This document shows positions 38,006 to 47,984 of a stretch of DNA of 64,000 bases, piece after piece. The notes below the pieces were generated by a model, which ran no database searches, was not told where the DNA came from, and saw nothing but the letters and a program-made list of their open reading frames with translations. This DNA is from an uncultured delta proteobacterium (GTDB taxonomy: Bacteria; Desulfobacterota; Desulfuromonadia; Desulfuromonadales; BM103). The translations under genes and the position numbers were made by a program. The stretch's first letter is position 1. Each line of letters begins with the position of its first letter. The stretch is taken from positions 64,001-128,000 of the forward strand of contig CAVQRZ010000014.1 of the NCBI GenBank assembly GCA_963715335.1, given 5' to 3'.

Positions 38006-39376
38006 CTAGGGTTCTATCTGCTTCTTGTCAATCCCGTATTTCTTCAGTTTACGGTAGATGGTCGCCATGTTCATATCGGCCTCGGCTGCGGCCTCTTCAA
38101 CGTTGCCGCCGTGTTTGCGCAGCAAGCGAGTCAGGTAGTCAGTTTCGAACTGGCCCAGCGCGGAAGAATAATCCGCGTGGTCTGCGGGCTGTCCGGTCTG
38201 GCCGATTTCGATCAGTTGGGCTACTTCCGGCAGCCCGATATAGTTGCCGCCGGAGATGGTCATTGCGGCTTCGATCACGTTGCACAACTGGCGAATGTTG
38301 CCAGGCCATTCATAGGCGCGTAATGCCTGCATGGCCTCCGGCGTCAAGCCCTTGAAATCTGTGCCGAATTTCACGTTCTGCTGGCGAATGAAATGGGCGA
38401 CCAGCAGCGGAATGTCTTCCTGACGCTTGCGCAGGGGGGGCAGGTGAATGTTGATAACGTTCAGGCGATAAAAGAGATCTTCGCGAAAGGTCCCCCGGGA
38501 GACTTCAGCGGTCAGGTCAGAATTGGTTGCCGAAATAATCCTTACGTTGACCTTGGTAGTTGTGGTGTCGCCGAGCCGACGAAATTCCTGCTCCTGCAGA
38601 AACCGCAGCATCGTCTTTTGCATGGTGAGTGGCAGGTTGCCGATTTCGTCGAGGAAGAGAGTGCCGCCATTGGCCGCCTCAAGCAACCCCTTGCGATTCT
38701 CCATGGCACCGGTAAAGGCCCCCTTCCGGTAGCCGAACAGTTCGCTTTCCAGGATGTTCTCCGGCATTGCGCCGCAGTTAAGCGCAACAAAGCGGTGGTC
38801 GCGACGTGCCGAGTTGTGGTGTACCGCCTGGGCGACCAGTTCCTTGCCGGTCCCTGATTCACCGGTTATCAGTACCGAGGTGTCCCGTACTGCGACCTTG
38901 GCGACTTTTTCCAGCAACGCCCTGATGACTGGTGATGCGCCGATAATGTTTTCAAACTTGAACTGTCCCGAGAGCTCCTCACGCAGTTCGCGGTTTTCCT
39001 CAAGCAGCTCATGGTGTTGCAGGGCATTCTTTACCCGGTAGACCAATTCATCCGGTTCAAACGGCTTGGTCAGCATATCGTATGCACCGCGGCGCAGGGC
39101 CTGTATCGACATTTCCACGGTGGCATAGGCGGTAATCATGATAACCGGAACTTCCGGGTCGCGATTGCGGACATGCTGTAATACTTCAAGACCATCCATT
39201 TCCGGCATCTTGATGTCGCTGATGATCAGGTCATAGTCCCCGGCGCTGAATTCGGCAACGGCCTGGACCGGACGCGTGAAGCTTTTAACCTGGTAGCCCT
39301 GGTCTCTGAGCACAGCCTCCATCATGCGACAGAGACCTTCTTCGTTATCAACCAACATGATGCGTTGGGGTGTCAT
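38006..39376 (-). CDS. NtrC-family sigma54 response regulator
   Basis: REC (SDIKMP), GESGTGKE, GAFTGA, FLDEI and Fis-type HTH. Confidence 0.95.
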   Translation of the reverse strand: MTPQRIMLVDNEEGLCRMMEAVLRDQGYQVKSFTRPVQAVAEFSAGDYDLIISDIKMPEMDGLEVLQHVRNRDPEVPVIMITAYATVEMSIQALRRGAYDMLTKPFEPDELVYRVKNALQHHELLEENRELREELSGQFKFENIIGASPVIRALLEKVAKVAVRDTSVLITGESGTGKELVAQAVHHNSARRDHRFVALNCGAMPENILESELFGYRKGAFTGAMENRKGLLEAANGGTLFLDEIGNLPLTMQKTMLRFLQEQEFRRLGDTTTTKVNVRIISATNSDLTAEVSRGTFREDLFYRLNVINIHLPPLRKRQEDIPLLVAHFIRQQNVKFGTDFKGLTPEAMQALRAYEWPGNIRQLCNVIEAAMTISGGNYIGLPEVAQLIEIGQTGQPADHADYSSALGQFETDYLTRLLRKHGGNVEEAAAEADMNMATIYRKLKKYGIDKKQIEP

Positions 39377-41340
39377 TAAAATTCCTCCCGGTTGAGCGGC
39401 AGGCGGATCGTCACGGTCGTCCCGTGGTTGAGGCGACTGGTCATCTGGATACTGCCGTGATGCTGCTCGATAATCTGTCTGGTGATTGCCAGGCCGAGAC
39501 CCGTGCCGCGGTCTTTGGTTGTGTAGAAGGGCTCGAAGATGCGCTCCAGGTCAGCTTCGTTGATGCCGCTGCCCGTGTCGCTAAAGGTTATCACGGCGTC
39601 GCCCTCTTCCTGAGCGGTACTGACCGTAAGCTGACCGCCATCGACCATGGCCGCGCCGGCATTTAGAATCAGGTTGATGGCCACCTGCCTGATCTGGTCT
39701 CCGTCGATCGAAAGTGTCGGCAGGCCATCGGCAAACTGTTTGGCGATCTGCACGCCGTGCATGTCGGTGTGGTTTGCCGCGAAGCTGATGATCTGATCGA
39801 GCAACTGGTTGAGGTCGGTTTCGGAAAATTCGGGTTGAGGGGTGCGGGCGTAGTTGAGCAAGTCCTGCACGATCTTCTTGCAGCGTTTGCTCTCGCGCTT
39901 GATCTCGTGGATGAAGTGATGGTTCGGGTCTTCAGGGTCAAGCTTGTTCTCGAGGTATCCTGCATAGCCAAGGATGACGCCGAGCGGGTTGTTGATCTCA
40001 TGGGCAACGCCCGAGGAGAGTATCCCCAGGGAGGCCATCTTGCCCTGCTGAGCAAGGCTGGCTTCGAGTTCACGGTTGCGCTGCAGGTGACTGGTCATGC
40101 GATTGAAGGTTCTAGCCAGTTCGCCGAGTTCATCCCGGCTGGTGATTTCCATCTGTCGATGGAAACGACCGCGCTTGATGTCGCGGATCACCGATGTCAT
40201 GTGCTGGATCGGGTCGGAGAGGACCTTGGCTGCGAGGAAAACCATCAGGATTGACAAGCTGGCGACGATGATGGAGATCAGACCGAGGCTGCTCAGGATC
40301 CGTCCCTTGATCAGGTTGGTTTCACGGTAGAATTCGTCCTCGTAGGAACCGACCGCGACGATCCAGTCCCAGGGCTGGTAATGCAGGTAGCGGACGATCT
40401 TGCTGCGCGGCTTATCCTCTCCAGGGTTCTGCCACGGGTAGCGGATCCATCCCTCGAGCTGCCTGCACATCTCCTCGATAAAGGGGACGCCGTTTGAATC
40501 TCTCGATTCATAGATGTTCTCTCCTTCGGCTTCGGGATGGATCATCAGGTTGCCCTTGCGATCCATGCAGTAGATATAGCCAGTCTGTCCGACCCGTTTG
40601 GCGTTGATCCTGGCTTTGAGCTCGTTAAACGCCTGGCGCTCTGCCTCAGGATTCTCATAGGTCTCTTCAAGGTAACCGCCCGTGGCGATGATCCAGTCCC
40701 ACGGCTCATAGTAACGGTAGACCGCCATCTTCTGTCGGGGGTGCGCGTCTCCCAGTTCCGCGTTGCGCCACGGGTAGACAATCTTCAGTAGCGTGTCAGC
40801 CTTGGACTGTGTCGCGGCCTTGCACATGGTACGGATAAAATGTCTGCCATCTTCGTCCTGCTCAGAGTAGACGTTCTCACCCTCCCGGGCGATGTGCACA
40901 GTCAGGTCGCCCTTGCTGGTCATGGCATAAATGTAGCCGGTTTCACCAACCTGGACTCTTTTCAAGGCGGTGCGTGCTGCCTGCTTGGCACTCTCCAGGT
41001 CGATCTCCCCCTTGCGGTAGAGGCTGTCCTGGGCCTCGACCATGTTGTAGGCGAGGGTGGTCAGGCTGGCCAGCTCATTCTCGGTGGCGAGCTTCCGGTC
41101 TTCCTGGTAGGCCAAAAACTGCTGGTTGTGTGAATCAAGGAGGTCCACGGTAAATGCGGCCAGATGGTCGAGATCATCCTTACTGGTCTGGGTGATGCCG
41201 AGGTATGCCTGCTGGTAGGCGATCCAGCCGACCACCGTGCCGACCACGATAATCGGGATCAGCACCAATGGCAGCACGACGACCGTCATTTTCCAGCGGA
41301 TTCTGAGGTTGTTGACGAATTTAAACAGGGAACGGCTCAT
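39376..41340 (-). CDS. Sensor histidine kinase with tandem Cache_2-like modules and a HAMP domain
   Basis: Two GxTGYIY..H..EGEN..YPW..K..PWDWI repeats, DELGELA, AHEINNPL and GTGLGL. Confidence 0.93.
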   Translation of the reverse strand: MSRSLFKFVNNLRIRWKMTVVVLPLVLIPIIVVGTVVGWIAYQQAYLGITQTSKDDLDHLAAFTVDLLDSHNQQFLAYQEDRKLATENELASLTTLAYNMVEAQDSLYRKGEIDLESAKQAARTALKRVQVGETGYIYAMTSKGDLTVHIAREGENVYSEQDEDGRHFIRTMCKAATQSKADTLLKIVYPWRNAELGDAHPRQKMAVYRYYEPWDWIIATGGYLEETYENPEAERQAFNELKARINAKRVGQTGYIYCMDRKGNLMIHPEAEGENIYESRDSNGVPFIEEMCRQLEGWIRYPWQNPGEDKPRSKIVRYLHYQPWDWIVAVGSYEDEFYRETNLIKGRILSSLGLISIIVASLSILMVFLAAKVLSDPIQHMTSVIRDIKRGRFHRQMEITSRDELGELARTFNRMTSHLQRNRELEASLAQQGKMASLGILSSGVAHEINNPLGVILGYAGYLENKLDPEDPNHHFIHEIKRESKRCKKIVQDLLNYARTPQPEFSETDLNQLLDQIISFAANHTDMHGVQIAKQFADGLPTLSIDGDQIRQVAINLILNAGAAMVDGGQLTVSTAQEEGDAVITFSDTGSGINEADLERIFEPFYTTKDRGTGLGLAITRQIIEQHHGSIQMTSRLNHGTTVTIRLPLNREEF

Positions 41341-41417
41341 AGTCGGATTAACGTTTCTTCAGAAATGAGCAGATTATGCTGCTTATGGGGTAAAAAAGCA
41401 AGTTGGGTAGGGCAGGA

Positions 41418-41481
41418 AGTGCGAGACGCGAGGTGCGAAGTGGGATTTTTTGATTTTTCGCGTCTCACCCTTCGCGCTTCA
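41418..41481. repeat. Inverted heptamer cassette
   Basis: AGTGCGA-GACGCGA-GGTGCGA ... TTTTCGCG-TCTCACC-CTTCGCG. Confidence 0.7.
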
Positions 41482-42612
41482 TCAGTAAAGTTCAAACTTC
41501 AACAGCCGGCACTCAATCGGCCCGTTGTACAGGACGATCCGGCGCGAGGGTTTGAGGCCGATGCGTTTGGCCAGGGGCAGGTTGCCGGTGAAGACCCAGG
41601 CGGTCCATCCAGTCCAGCGCTGCTTTAGCGTGTCGCCGATCTTGCGATAGAAGTCCTCGAGCTTGACATCGTCACCGATGCGTTCCCCGTAGGGGGGGTT
41701 GCAGATCAAGGTCCCATGGGCCGCCGGCGGCTCGAGCTTGGCAAAGTCATGTTGTGACCACCTGATACTCGACCCGATCCCGGCACTCTCCGCATTACGC
41801 CTGGACAGTTCGACAGCCCGACGGTCCCGGTCGCTGCCGAACACCAGGTTGGCCTGGAGCGGCCTGCGGCGCTGCTCGGCTTCTTCGAGCAGCTGCTCCC
41901 AGGTTGAGGCGGAGAAGTCCGGCCAGCGTTGGAAGCCAAAATCAGGCGAGAGCAGGCCGGGTGCTGTGTCGCTGGCCAGAAGGGCTGCCTCCAGGGGCAA
42001 ACTTCCGGAGCCGCACATCGGATCGACAAAGTGTGACTGCTGATCCCATTGACTGAGGGCAACGAGCCCGGCAGCGAGAGTTTCCTTGAGCGGCGCGATG
42101 GTCGGGTCGCGTCGGTAGCCGCGCCGGTGCATGCCGGTGCCAGCCAGGTCGAGGCTGATGGTGCACTGGTTACGGGCCAGATGCAGGTTGATCCGCAGAT
42201 CGGGATCCTTCGGGTCGACATTGGGCCTCTCGCCGCAGCGGTCCCTGATCCTGTCAACGATGGCGTCCTTGGTTTTCAGAGCAGCAAACCGGGAGTGGGT
42301 GATCTCGGAATCCCGCAGGTTGGCATCGACAGCCAGGGTCATCGCCGGTGTCAGATAGTCTTCCCAACCCAGAGAGTACACCCCTTCGTAAAGGGCTTCC
42401 TGTGATGAACAGGGAAAGATTTTAACCTGGAGCAATACGCGATTGGCAGTGCGCAGCCAGAGACAGGCACGGTAGCCATCGGCCATGCTGCCGGTGAAAG
42501 CGACACCGCCATTTTCGGCCCTTACATTTTTGCCGCCGAGGGTTTTCAACTCGACGGCAAGTACATCCTCGAGCCCCTTGGCGGTGGTGGCAAAAAAATC
42601 GATTTGATTCAT
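41482..42612 (-). CDS. THUMP-domain 23S rRNA methyltransferase (RlmL-like)
   Basis: LWLRTANR, HRRGYR, APLKETLAA, DPMCGSG and NPPYGER. Confidence 0.92.
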   Translation of the reverse strand: MNQIDFFATTAKGLEDVLAVELKTLGGKNVRAENGGVAFTGSMADGYRACLWLRTANRVLLQVKIFPCSSQEALYEGVYSLGWEDYLTPAMTLAVDANLRDSEITHSRFAALKTKDAIVDRIRDRCGERPNVDPKDPDLRINLHLARNQCTISLDLAGTGMHRRGYRRDPTIAPLKETLAAGLVALSQWDQQSHFVDPMCGSGSLPLEAALLASDTAPGLLSPDFGFQRWPDFSASTWEQLLEEAEQRRRPLQANLVFGSDRDRRAVELSRRNAESAGIGSSIRWSQHDFAKLEPPAAHGTLICNPPYGERIGDDVKLEDFYRKIGDTLKQRWTGWTAWVFTGNLPLAKRIGLKPSRRIVLYNGPIECRLLKFELY

Positions 42613-42620
42613 GTCCTCTG

Positions 42621-43754
42621 TCAATGCTGTCGCTCTGTCTCAAGTGCGGCTTCGGGGAGCCGGAAGGTCCTGCGGTAGGTGCGGATTTCCAGTGCGGCGA
42701 TCTTGAAGATACTGACAATCGGTACCCCGATGATCATGCCAATGACGCCGTAGAGCTTGCCGCCGGCGATAATCGCCAAGAACACCCAGAGAGGGTGCAG
42801 GTTGGATACCCGGGAAATCAGAATCGGGATCAGGATGAAGTTGTCGACCAGAACCTGGGCGATTAGAATATAGAGGATGACGATCCACCAGAATTGCGGG
42901 CCGACACCAAGGTCGACAAAGGCGATCAGGATTCCTGGAACCATGCCAATGATCGGGCCGACGTAGGGGATCAGGTTGGTGACGCCGGCGAAAATACCGA
43001 GGACGGATGCATAGCGGATGTCTGTCAGGGACAGGCCCAGGGTGACGACCAGCCCAACGATGACTGCTTCGAGAATGCGGCCGCGAATGAAGTGGCCGAG
43101 CTGACGGGTCACCAGGTGGCTGAGGTCGTGCGCCATTTCAAAGTGACGGTTGGGTGCCATCGCCGTACAGGCCCGCATGATCGCCCTCCCGTCACGCAGA
43201 AAAAAGAAGGTGAAGAGCGGCACGATGATAAAGAGCCCGCCGATCTTCATGGCAGATTGCGGGGTGTTGGTCAGAATTGCTGCAAGCAGCTGCTCCCCCC
43301 AGCCGCGGACCTTGATCGGCAGGTCGTAACTTTCGATGACAGGAAAACGGCTGTGCAGGTTTTCAAGCAACTGCTTCAGGAATTCAGTCAACCTGCCGGT
43401 GTAGCGGGGGAGGTCGGTCCCCAGGTTGCCCCAGAGTTCCTGCCATTGCGGCAGGAGCCATAGCGTCCCCGCCAGGAAGATCCCCAGGACGAGCAGGTAT
43501 ACTATGAAGATACTGCTGGTGCGGTTGAAATAATTACTCAGCCTCGCAACCGGCGGTTCGAGCAGGAAAGTCAGCACCAGGGAGAGCAAAAGGGGCAGGA
43601 AGAGCACGGAGAAGGCGGTGCGCGTCACACCGATGAATGTGGTTGCCGAAGAGTAAACGGCCAACCCGCAGGCAATCGCGCCGGTCAGGACCAGGAATGC
43701 GAGCAGCAGCTGGCCGCGGGTCCACCCTCGGCGATTGGAAGAATAGGTTCTCAT
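42621..43754 (-). CDS. AI-2E family transporter
   Basis: FFFLRDG, FIRG, NLIPYVGP, LHP and G.IIGVP. Confidence 0.9.
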   Translation of the reverse strand: MRTYSSNRRGWTRGQLLLAFLVLTGAIACGLAVYSSATTFIGVTRTAFSVLFLPLLLSLVLTFLLEPPVARLSNYFNRTSSIFIVYLLVLGIFLAGTLWLLPQWQELWGNLGTDLPRYTGRLTEFLKQLLENLHSRFPVIESYDLPIKVRGWGEQLLAAILTNTPQSAMKIGGLFIIVPLFTFFFLRDGRAIMRACTAMAPNRHFEMAHDLSHLVTRQLGHFIRGRILEAVIVGLVVTLGLSLTDIRYASVLGIFAGVTNLIPYVGPIIGMVPGILIAFVDLGVGPQFWWIVILYILIAQVLVDNFILIPILISRVSNLHPLWVFLAIIAGGKLYGVIGMIIGVPIVSIFKIAALEIRTYRRTFRLPEAALETERQH

Positions 43755-44284
43755 GTCTCAACTGTCTCTGGCGGCAGCTGTTCGCCGAGCCGTTTGTTGA
43801 GATTGCGGATTTCCAGGCTGGCGGTCTGGAGACGCTCGCTGACAATCCGGGTCAGGCCAATCAGAATCTTGCTGGTCAAGGTCGGTTGACGCTCAACCAT
43901 GTCCAGCAGGTCGGAGCGGAACAGCCCGACCAGTTCGGTTGGTTCAGCGGTTCGCGCCGAGGCGATGCGCGGTGCGGGGGCGGTGAGGGTGGTCTCGCCA
44001 AAGAAATCACCGGGGCCGAGGATGGCGAGTTCGTCTTCTGTGCCCAGTAAATTTTTGGCGTGGATGCGGACCACGCCGCTACGGACCATGTACATGCCGG
44101 TCCCTGGGTCGCCTTCTTCGAAGACGAATTCTGATGCACGGTAATTGCGCACGTGGACCACCTTCTCCAGGAAGTTGAGCTCTCGTCCGTTCAACTCGGC
44201 GAACATCGGCAGGTTGTTAAGGAAGTAGGCCAGCGAATCTTCGTCACGCTTCTTGCGAAAGATGTTGTTCCAGAGCGGATCCAT
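43751..44284 (-). CDS. Stand-alone cyclic-nucleotide-binding domain protein
   Basis: FEEGDPG, GPGDFFGE and PRIASA; no HTH. Confidence 0.88.
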   Translation of the reverse strand: MDPLWNNIFRKKRDEDSLAYFLNNLPMFAELNGRELNFLEKVVHVRNYRASEFVFEEGDPGTGMYMVRSGVVRIHAKNLLGTEDELAILGPGDFFGETTLTAPAPRIASARTAEPTELVGLFRSDLLDMVERQPTLTSKILIGLTRIVSERLQTASLEIRNLNKRLGEQLPPETVET

Positions 44285-44287
44285 TGG

Positions 44288-45202
44288 TCACTCCCGTCCC
44301 TCTCCGTTGAGGCTGTTCTGAAGGTCTACAGGGATCGGCTGATTTACCCGGTAATCCTTGAATGATATTTCCAGGTTCTCCTGGAGGTCAGGTCGCCGGA
44401 TAGTGCGCAGTATGCTTGATGGCAGGAGGTATCCGTCGACGTCAGTGAACTTGACCTCAAAAAGATCGTCGATTTTTCCATCGGGGCTGGTCACCTTGAA
44501 ACGTTCGGGGAGATGCCCGCCTGCAACTTCGATGTAACGGATTTCAACGGTCAGTTGCAGGCCGTTGTCGGCAACAATCCCCAACTCGTTGAGCGAGTCG
44601 TTTGTGCTGTCGACATCGAAGACCAGGGACCTGATCTGTTGTTGCGGCAAACCCATTGCGTTTGCGTAAAAGGCCTGGTCCAGATCCGTTGGTTGCGCAA
44701 AACTGATTTCTAAGTGATGAATCAACTTGTCGGCAAGGGCGACATCGCTCGATGTGATTTTTGCGCCCTTGACGAGGGCCTGACGTTGCCCGGCCCGTTC
44801 AGGTGGGAGTAGCATCTCATTCAGCTCGATCGCCAGGTCTGCGGAAATCTGCTGGACCATCTTTTCGATATTTGGGGTCAGCTGTGGACTGCCGGTGTAA
44901 ACCCGCCCTTTGCCTCTGCGTTGCCAGAATTTGTTGATTACGGGTGGTGCTGGCGGCTTGACGTCCGGGGGGAGATCCCTGGCCAGAAGGTCCATCATTT
45001 CCCCGATCCGTGATGTTTCGATAGTCGCAAGATAGTTCTGTAATCCTGGTTGAACCCGTTCTCTGGCTGCAACGACTGACTCAAGGGCAGTCAGATCTGC
45101 TGCCGCAAACAAAAGGGCCGGCACTATCAGAATCAGGAACACTAAGCTTGTGAGGAATGATCGAGACACGCCAGCCCCTCTCCCTGAAGTGTTGGTTGAC
45201 AC
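44288..45202 (-). CDS. Hypothetical exported protein
   Basis: Signal-peptide-like N-terminus; leads the cNMP/AI-2E/methyltransferase gene run; start uncertain. Confidence 0.7.
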   Translation of the reverse strand: MSTNTSGRGAGVSRSFLTSLVFLILIVPALLFAAADLTALESVVAARERVQPGLQNYLATIETSRIGEMMDLLARDLPPDVKPPAPPVINKFWQRRGKGRVYTGSPQLTPNIEKMVQQISADLAIELNEMLLPPERAGQRQALVKGAKITSSDVALADKLIHHLEISFAQPTDLDQAFYANAMGLPQQQIRSLVFDVDSTNDSLNELGIVADNGLQLTVEIRYIEVAGGHLPERFKVTSPDGKIDDLFEVKFTDVDGYLLPSSILRTIRRPDLQENLEISFKDYRVNQPIPVDLQNSLNGEGRE

Positions 45203-45305
45203 CCGTTATGGGCATTGATAGCTTGAAAAGACCCTGTTTGAAGTGGGCTTAAAATCAGTATAATATGAAGATAATCGATTATTTACGTAGTTGCAAGGAG
45301 CTTGT

Positions 45306-47132
45306 GTGACAAGTTTTGATCTGCGCAAACAACCGACGGCCACCGGAGTTTACCTGATGAAGGATGCTGCCGGTGAGATTCTTTATGTCGGCAAGGCGAA
45401 AAATTTGCGTTCCCGTCTGCGCAGTTATATGCAGGCTGATCGCGATACGCGGCCGCAGATCAGGTTTTTGATGGAGCGTGCGGCGAGCATAGAGACGATT
45501 GTCACCGACACCGAGAAAGAAGCCCTGATCCTCGAGAACACCCTGATCAAGAAACACCGGCCGCGCTATAATATTCATCTGCGCGATGACAAGACGTTTG
45601 TCTCGTTGCGGATCGATTTGCGTGAAGAATTCCCGATGCTGGGCATTGTGCGCCAGGTCCGTCAGGATGGCGCCCGCTATTTTGGCCCTTTTGCTTCATC
45701 CTCTGCATTGCGTCAGACCCTCAAGGGGATATATCGCTTGTTCCCGTTGCGGCACTATGCCCCGGCAAAATGCCGGCAGCGCGGTCGACCCTGTCTTTTC
45801 TATCAGATCGGCCAGTGCAGTGCCCCATGCCACGGCAAGATTACTGCCGAAGATTATGGCAGGCTGGTTGATGGCGTGATGGCACTTCTCGAAGGTCGCC
45901 AGGGTGAAGTGGTTGGGCTGCTTCGGCAGCGGATGGCGCTTGCCGCAAGCCGGCAGAAGTATGAGGAGGCGGCTTTGTTGCGTGACCAGGTCCGGGCAAT
46001 CGAAGCGACGGTGGAGCAGCAGAAGGCCGTGCGCTATGGAACGGTCGACCAGGATGTGGTGGGAGTCTGTCGGCAGGGCGGAGAAGTTGAAGTGGTTGTG
46101 CTTTTTTACCGTCAGGGGAAACTGACGGCCCGGCGCAACTATAATTTGCCCTGGCATCTGGACGAGGATCAGTTGCTGGCTGATTTTCTGGTGCGCTTCT
46201 ATGATCGGGATGTGCCGGTCCCTGATGAGATCGTTCTCCCCTTCGCCATAGAAGGGATGGCCTCTTTATCGGAATGGCTGGCTGATCGGCATGGCCGCAG
46301 AATGGCGGTACTGGTCCCGCAACGCGGTGAACGTCGCCGCCTGGTGGAGATGGCAAATCGCAACGCCGAGGAGGCCCTCAAGGAACGCGGCGGCCGCGAA
46401 GAAGCCCGTCGCAAGGTGCTGGCAGAAATACAACAGAAGCTGCATCTGCTGCATCTGCCGCGGCGCATGGAGTGCTTTGATATTTCGACCAACCAGGGGG
46501 AGGCGACGGTTGCCGCTATGGCCGTTGTCATCGACGGTGAACCGGCGTCATCCGAGTACCGGCACTACCGGGTGAAGACCGTTGCCGGCACCGATGATTA
46601 CGCCGCCTTGCGCGAGGTCCTGTACCGACGGCTGCAACGTGGAGTTGCAGAATCCAGCCTGCCGGACTTTATTCTTATCGATGGCGGCAAGGGGCAGCTT
46701 GGTGTGTTGACGGCGGTCATTGATGATCTGGAGATGGCCGGCAGGATTGATGTCGCGGGAATTGCCAAGAGCCGTGTCAAGGCAAACGTCCGTGGCCGCG
46801 CCGTGGAACGCAGTGAGGAACGTTTCTTCCTCCCCGGGCGCAAGAACCCGGTGGTACTGAGGCGTGGTTCCGCAGCTCTCTTTCTGCTCGAGCGTCTGCG
46901 CGACGAGGCCCATCGCTTTGCTATTGCCCACCACCGCAAGGTTCGCAGCAAGTCTCAGCTCAAATCATCGCTTGCCGATATACCTGGAGTCGGGCCCAAG
47001 CGCCAGAGGGCTCTGCTCAGGGAGTTCGGCAGCCTGAAAAAAATCAAGACGGCCAGTCTGGAGAGACTGCGCGACATGCCGGGGCTCCCGGCTACGGTCG
47101 CCGAGCAGATTTACCAGCATTTCCATCCCTGA
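45306..47132 (+). CDS. uvrC: Excinuclease ABC subunit C
   Basis: GVYLM..YVGKAKNLR GIY-YIG domain, ECFDIS, IDGGKGQ, RDEAHRFA and HhH. Confidence 0.96.
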   Translation: MTSFDLRKQPTATGVYLMKDAAGEILYVGKAKNLRSRLRSYMQADRDTRPQIRFLMERAASIETIVTDTEKEALILENTLIKKHRPRYNIHLRDDKTFVSLRIDLREEFPMLGIVRQVRQDGARYFGPFASSSALRQTLKGIYRLFPLRHYAPAKCRQRGRPCLFYQIGQCSAPCHGKITAEDYGRLVDGVMALLEGRQGEVVGLLRQRMALAASRQKYEEAALLRDQVRAIEATVEQQKAVRYGTVDQDVVGVCRQGGEVEVVVLFYRQGKLTARRNYNLPWHLDEDQLLADFLVRFYDRDVPVPDEIVLPFAIEGMASLSEWLADRHGRRMAVLVPQRGERRRLVEMANRNAEEALKERGGREEARRKVLAEIQQKLHLLHLPRRMECFDISTNQGEATVAAMAVVIDGEPASSEYRHYRVKTVAGTDDYAALREVLYRRLQRGVAESSLPDFILIDGGKGQLGVLTAVIDDLEMAGRIDVAGIAKSRVKANVRGRAVERSEERFFLPGRKNPVVLRRGSAALFLLERLRDEAHRFAIAHHRKVRSKSQLKSSLADIPGVGPKRQRALLREFGSLKKIKTASLERLRDMPGLPATVAEQIYQHFHP

Positions 47133-47186
47133 ATAAAGCGGGGGCGCTTCCCGCACAATGATAAAGAACGGTAGCGCCCCCTGGTG

Positions 47187-47783
47187 CTATTCCTTGATCA
47201 GTTCGATTTCCAGGCTGATATGGACCTCGTCACCGACCACGACCCCGCCGGTTTCCAGGGCCTTGTTCCAGGTCAGACCGTAATCGCTGCGGTTGATTTG
47301 CGTCGATGCCGATGCCCCGCGCCGGGTGTTGCCCCACGGATCGGTAACCGTCTGACTGAAGTCTTCAACCTTCAGCTCGACTTCACGGGTTACGTCGCGA
47401 ATGGTCAGATCACCGACAATCTGCACCGGCTGCCCATTGGCGACCACCACCTTCTTTGAGACGAAAGTCATTGCCGGAAAAGTTGCAACAGCAAAGAAGT
47501 CCGGGCTGCGTAGGTGGTCGTCGCGTTTCTGGTTGTTCGTGTCAATCGATGCCGTCCCGATGCGGACTTTAACGGTTGATTTTGCCAGGTTGGCGGGATC
47601 GATGTCCACCGTGCCATCAACCTCGGTGAAGACGCCCTTCACCCAGGAGACCATCAGGTGACGGATCTTGAATTCGACAGAGGTATGAACCGGGTCAATT
47701 TTCCAGGTTGCCGCAAGGGTTATTTGTGGCAGGATCACCAGGAGGGTGATGATCAGCAAGTTTTTGCAGAAATACATGGTCAT
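47187..47783 (-). CDS. YceI family protein
   Basis: WKIDPVHT, SIDT...RDDHLRS.DFF and GDLTIR. Confidence 0.92.
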   Translation of the reverse strand: MTMYFCKNLLIITLLVILPQITLAATWKIDPVHTSVEFKIRHLMVSWVKGVFTEVDGTVDIDPANLAKSTVKVRIGTASIDTNNQKRDDHLRSPDFFAVATFPAMTFVSKKVVVANGQPVQIVGDLTIRDVTREVELKVEDFSQTVTDPWGNTRRGASASTQINRSDYGLTWNKALETGGVVVGDEVHISLEIELIKE

Positions 47784-47933
47784 ATGCCTTTCTTATTTAC
47801 CGAGCGTTTGTCAAGTACCTTTGGAATTATATATTACAGTTTTAGTCAGGTATATGCAAGTCAGGTTTCCCGGGAAGAGAACATATTGGTTTGCAGGTGT
47901 GCATTTTGACGTTGATGGTGAGAGAATGAGCAC

Positions 47934-47965
47934 AAAAAAAGCCCCTGGAAGTCCGGGGGCTTTTT
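47934..47965 (-). terminator. Intrinsic terminator
   Basis: AAAAAGCCCC...GGGGCTTTTT with an A run. Confidence 0.75.
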
Positions 47966-47984
47966 GCAATCTATGGTGTGGGTC

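Noticed and set aside
45190..45290. LexA box before uvrC
   Set aside because: GGTTGACACCCGTTATGG lacks the distal ACC half of the Geobacter-type box as I recall it
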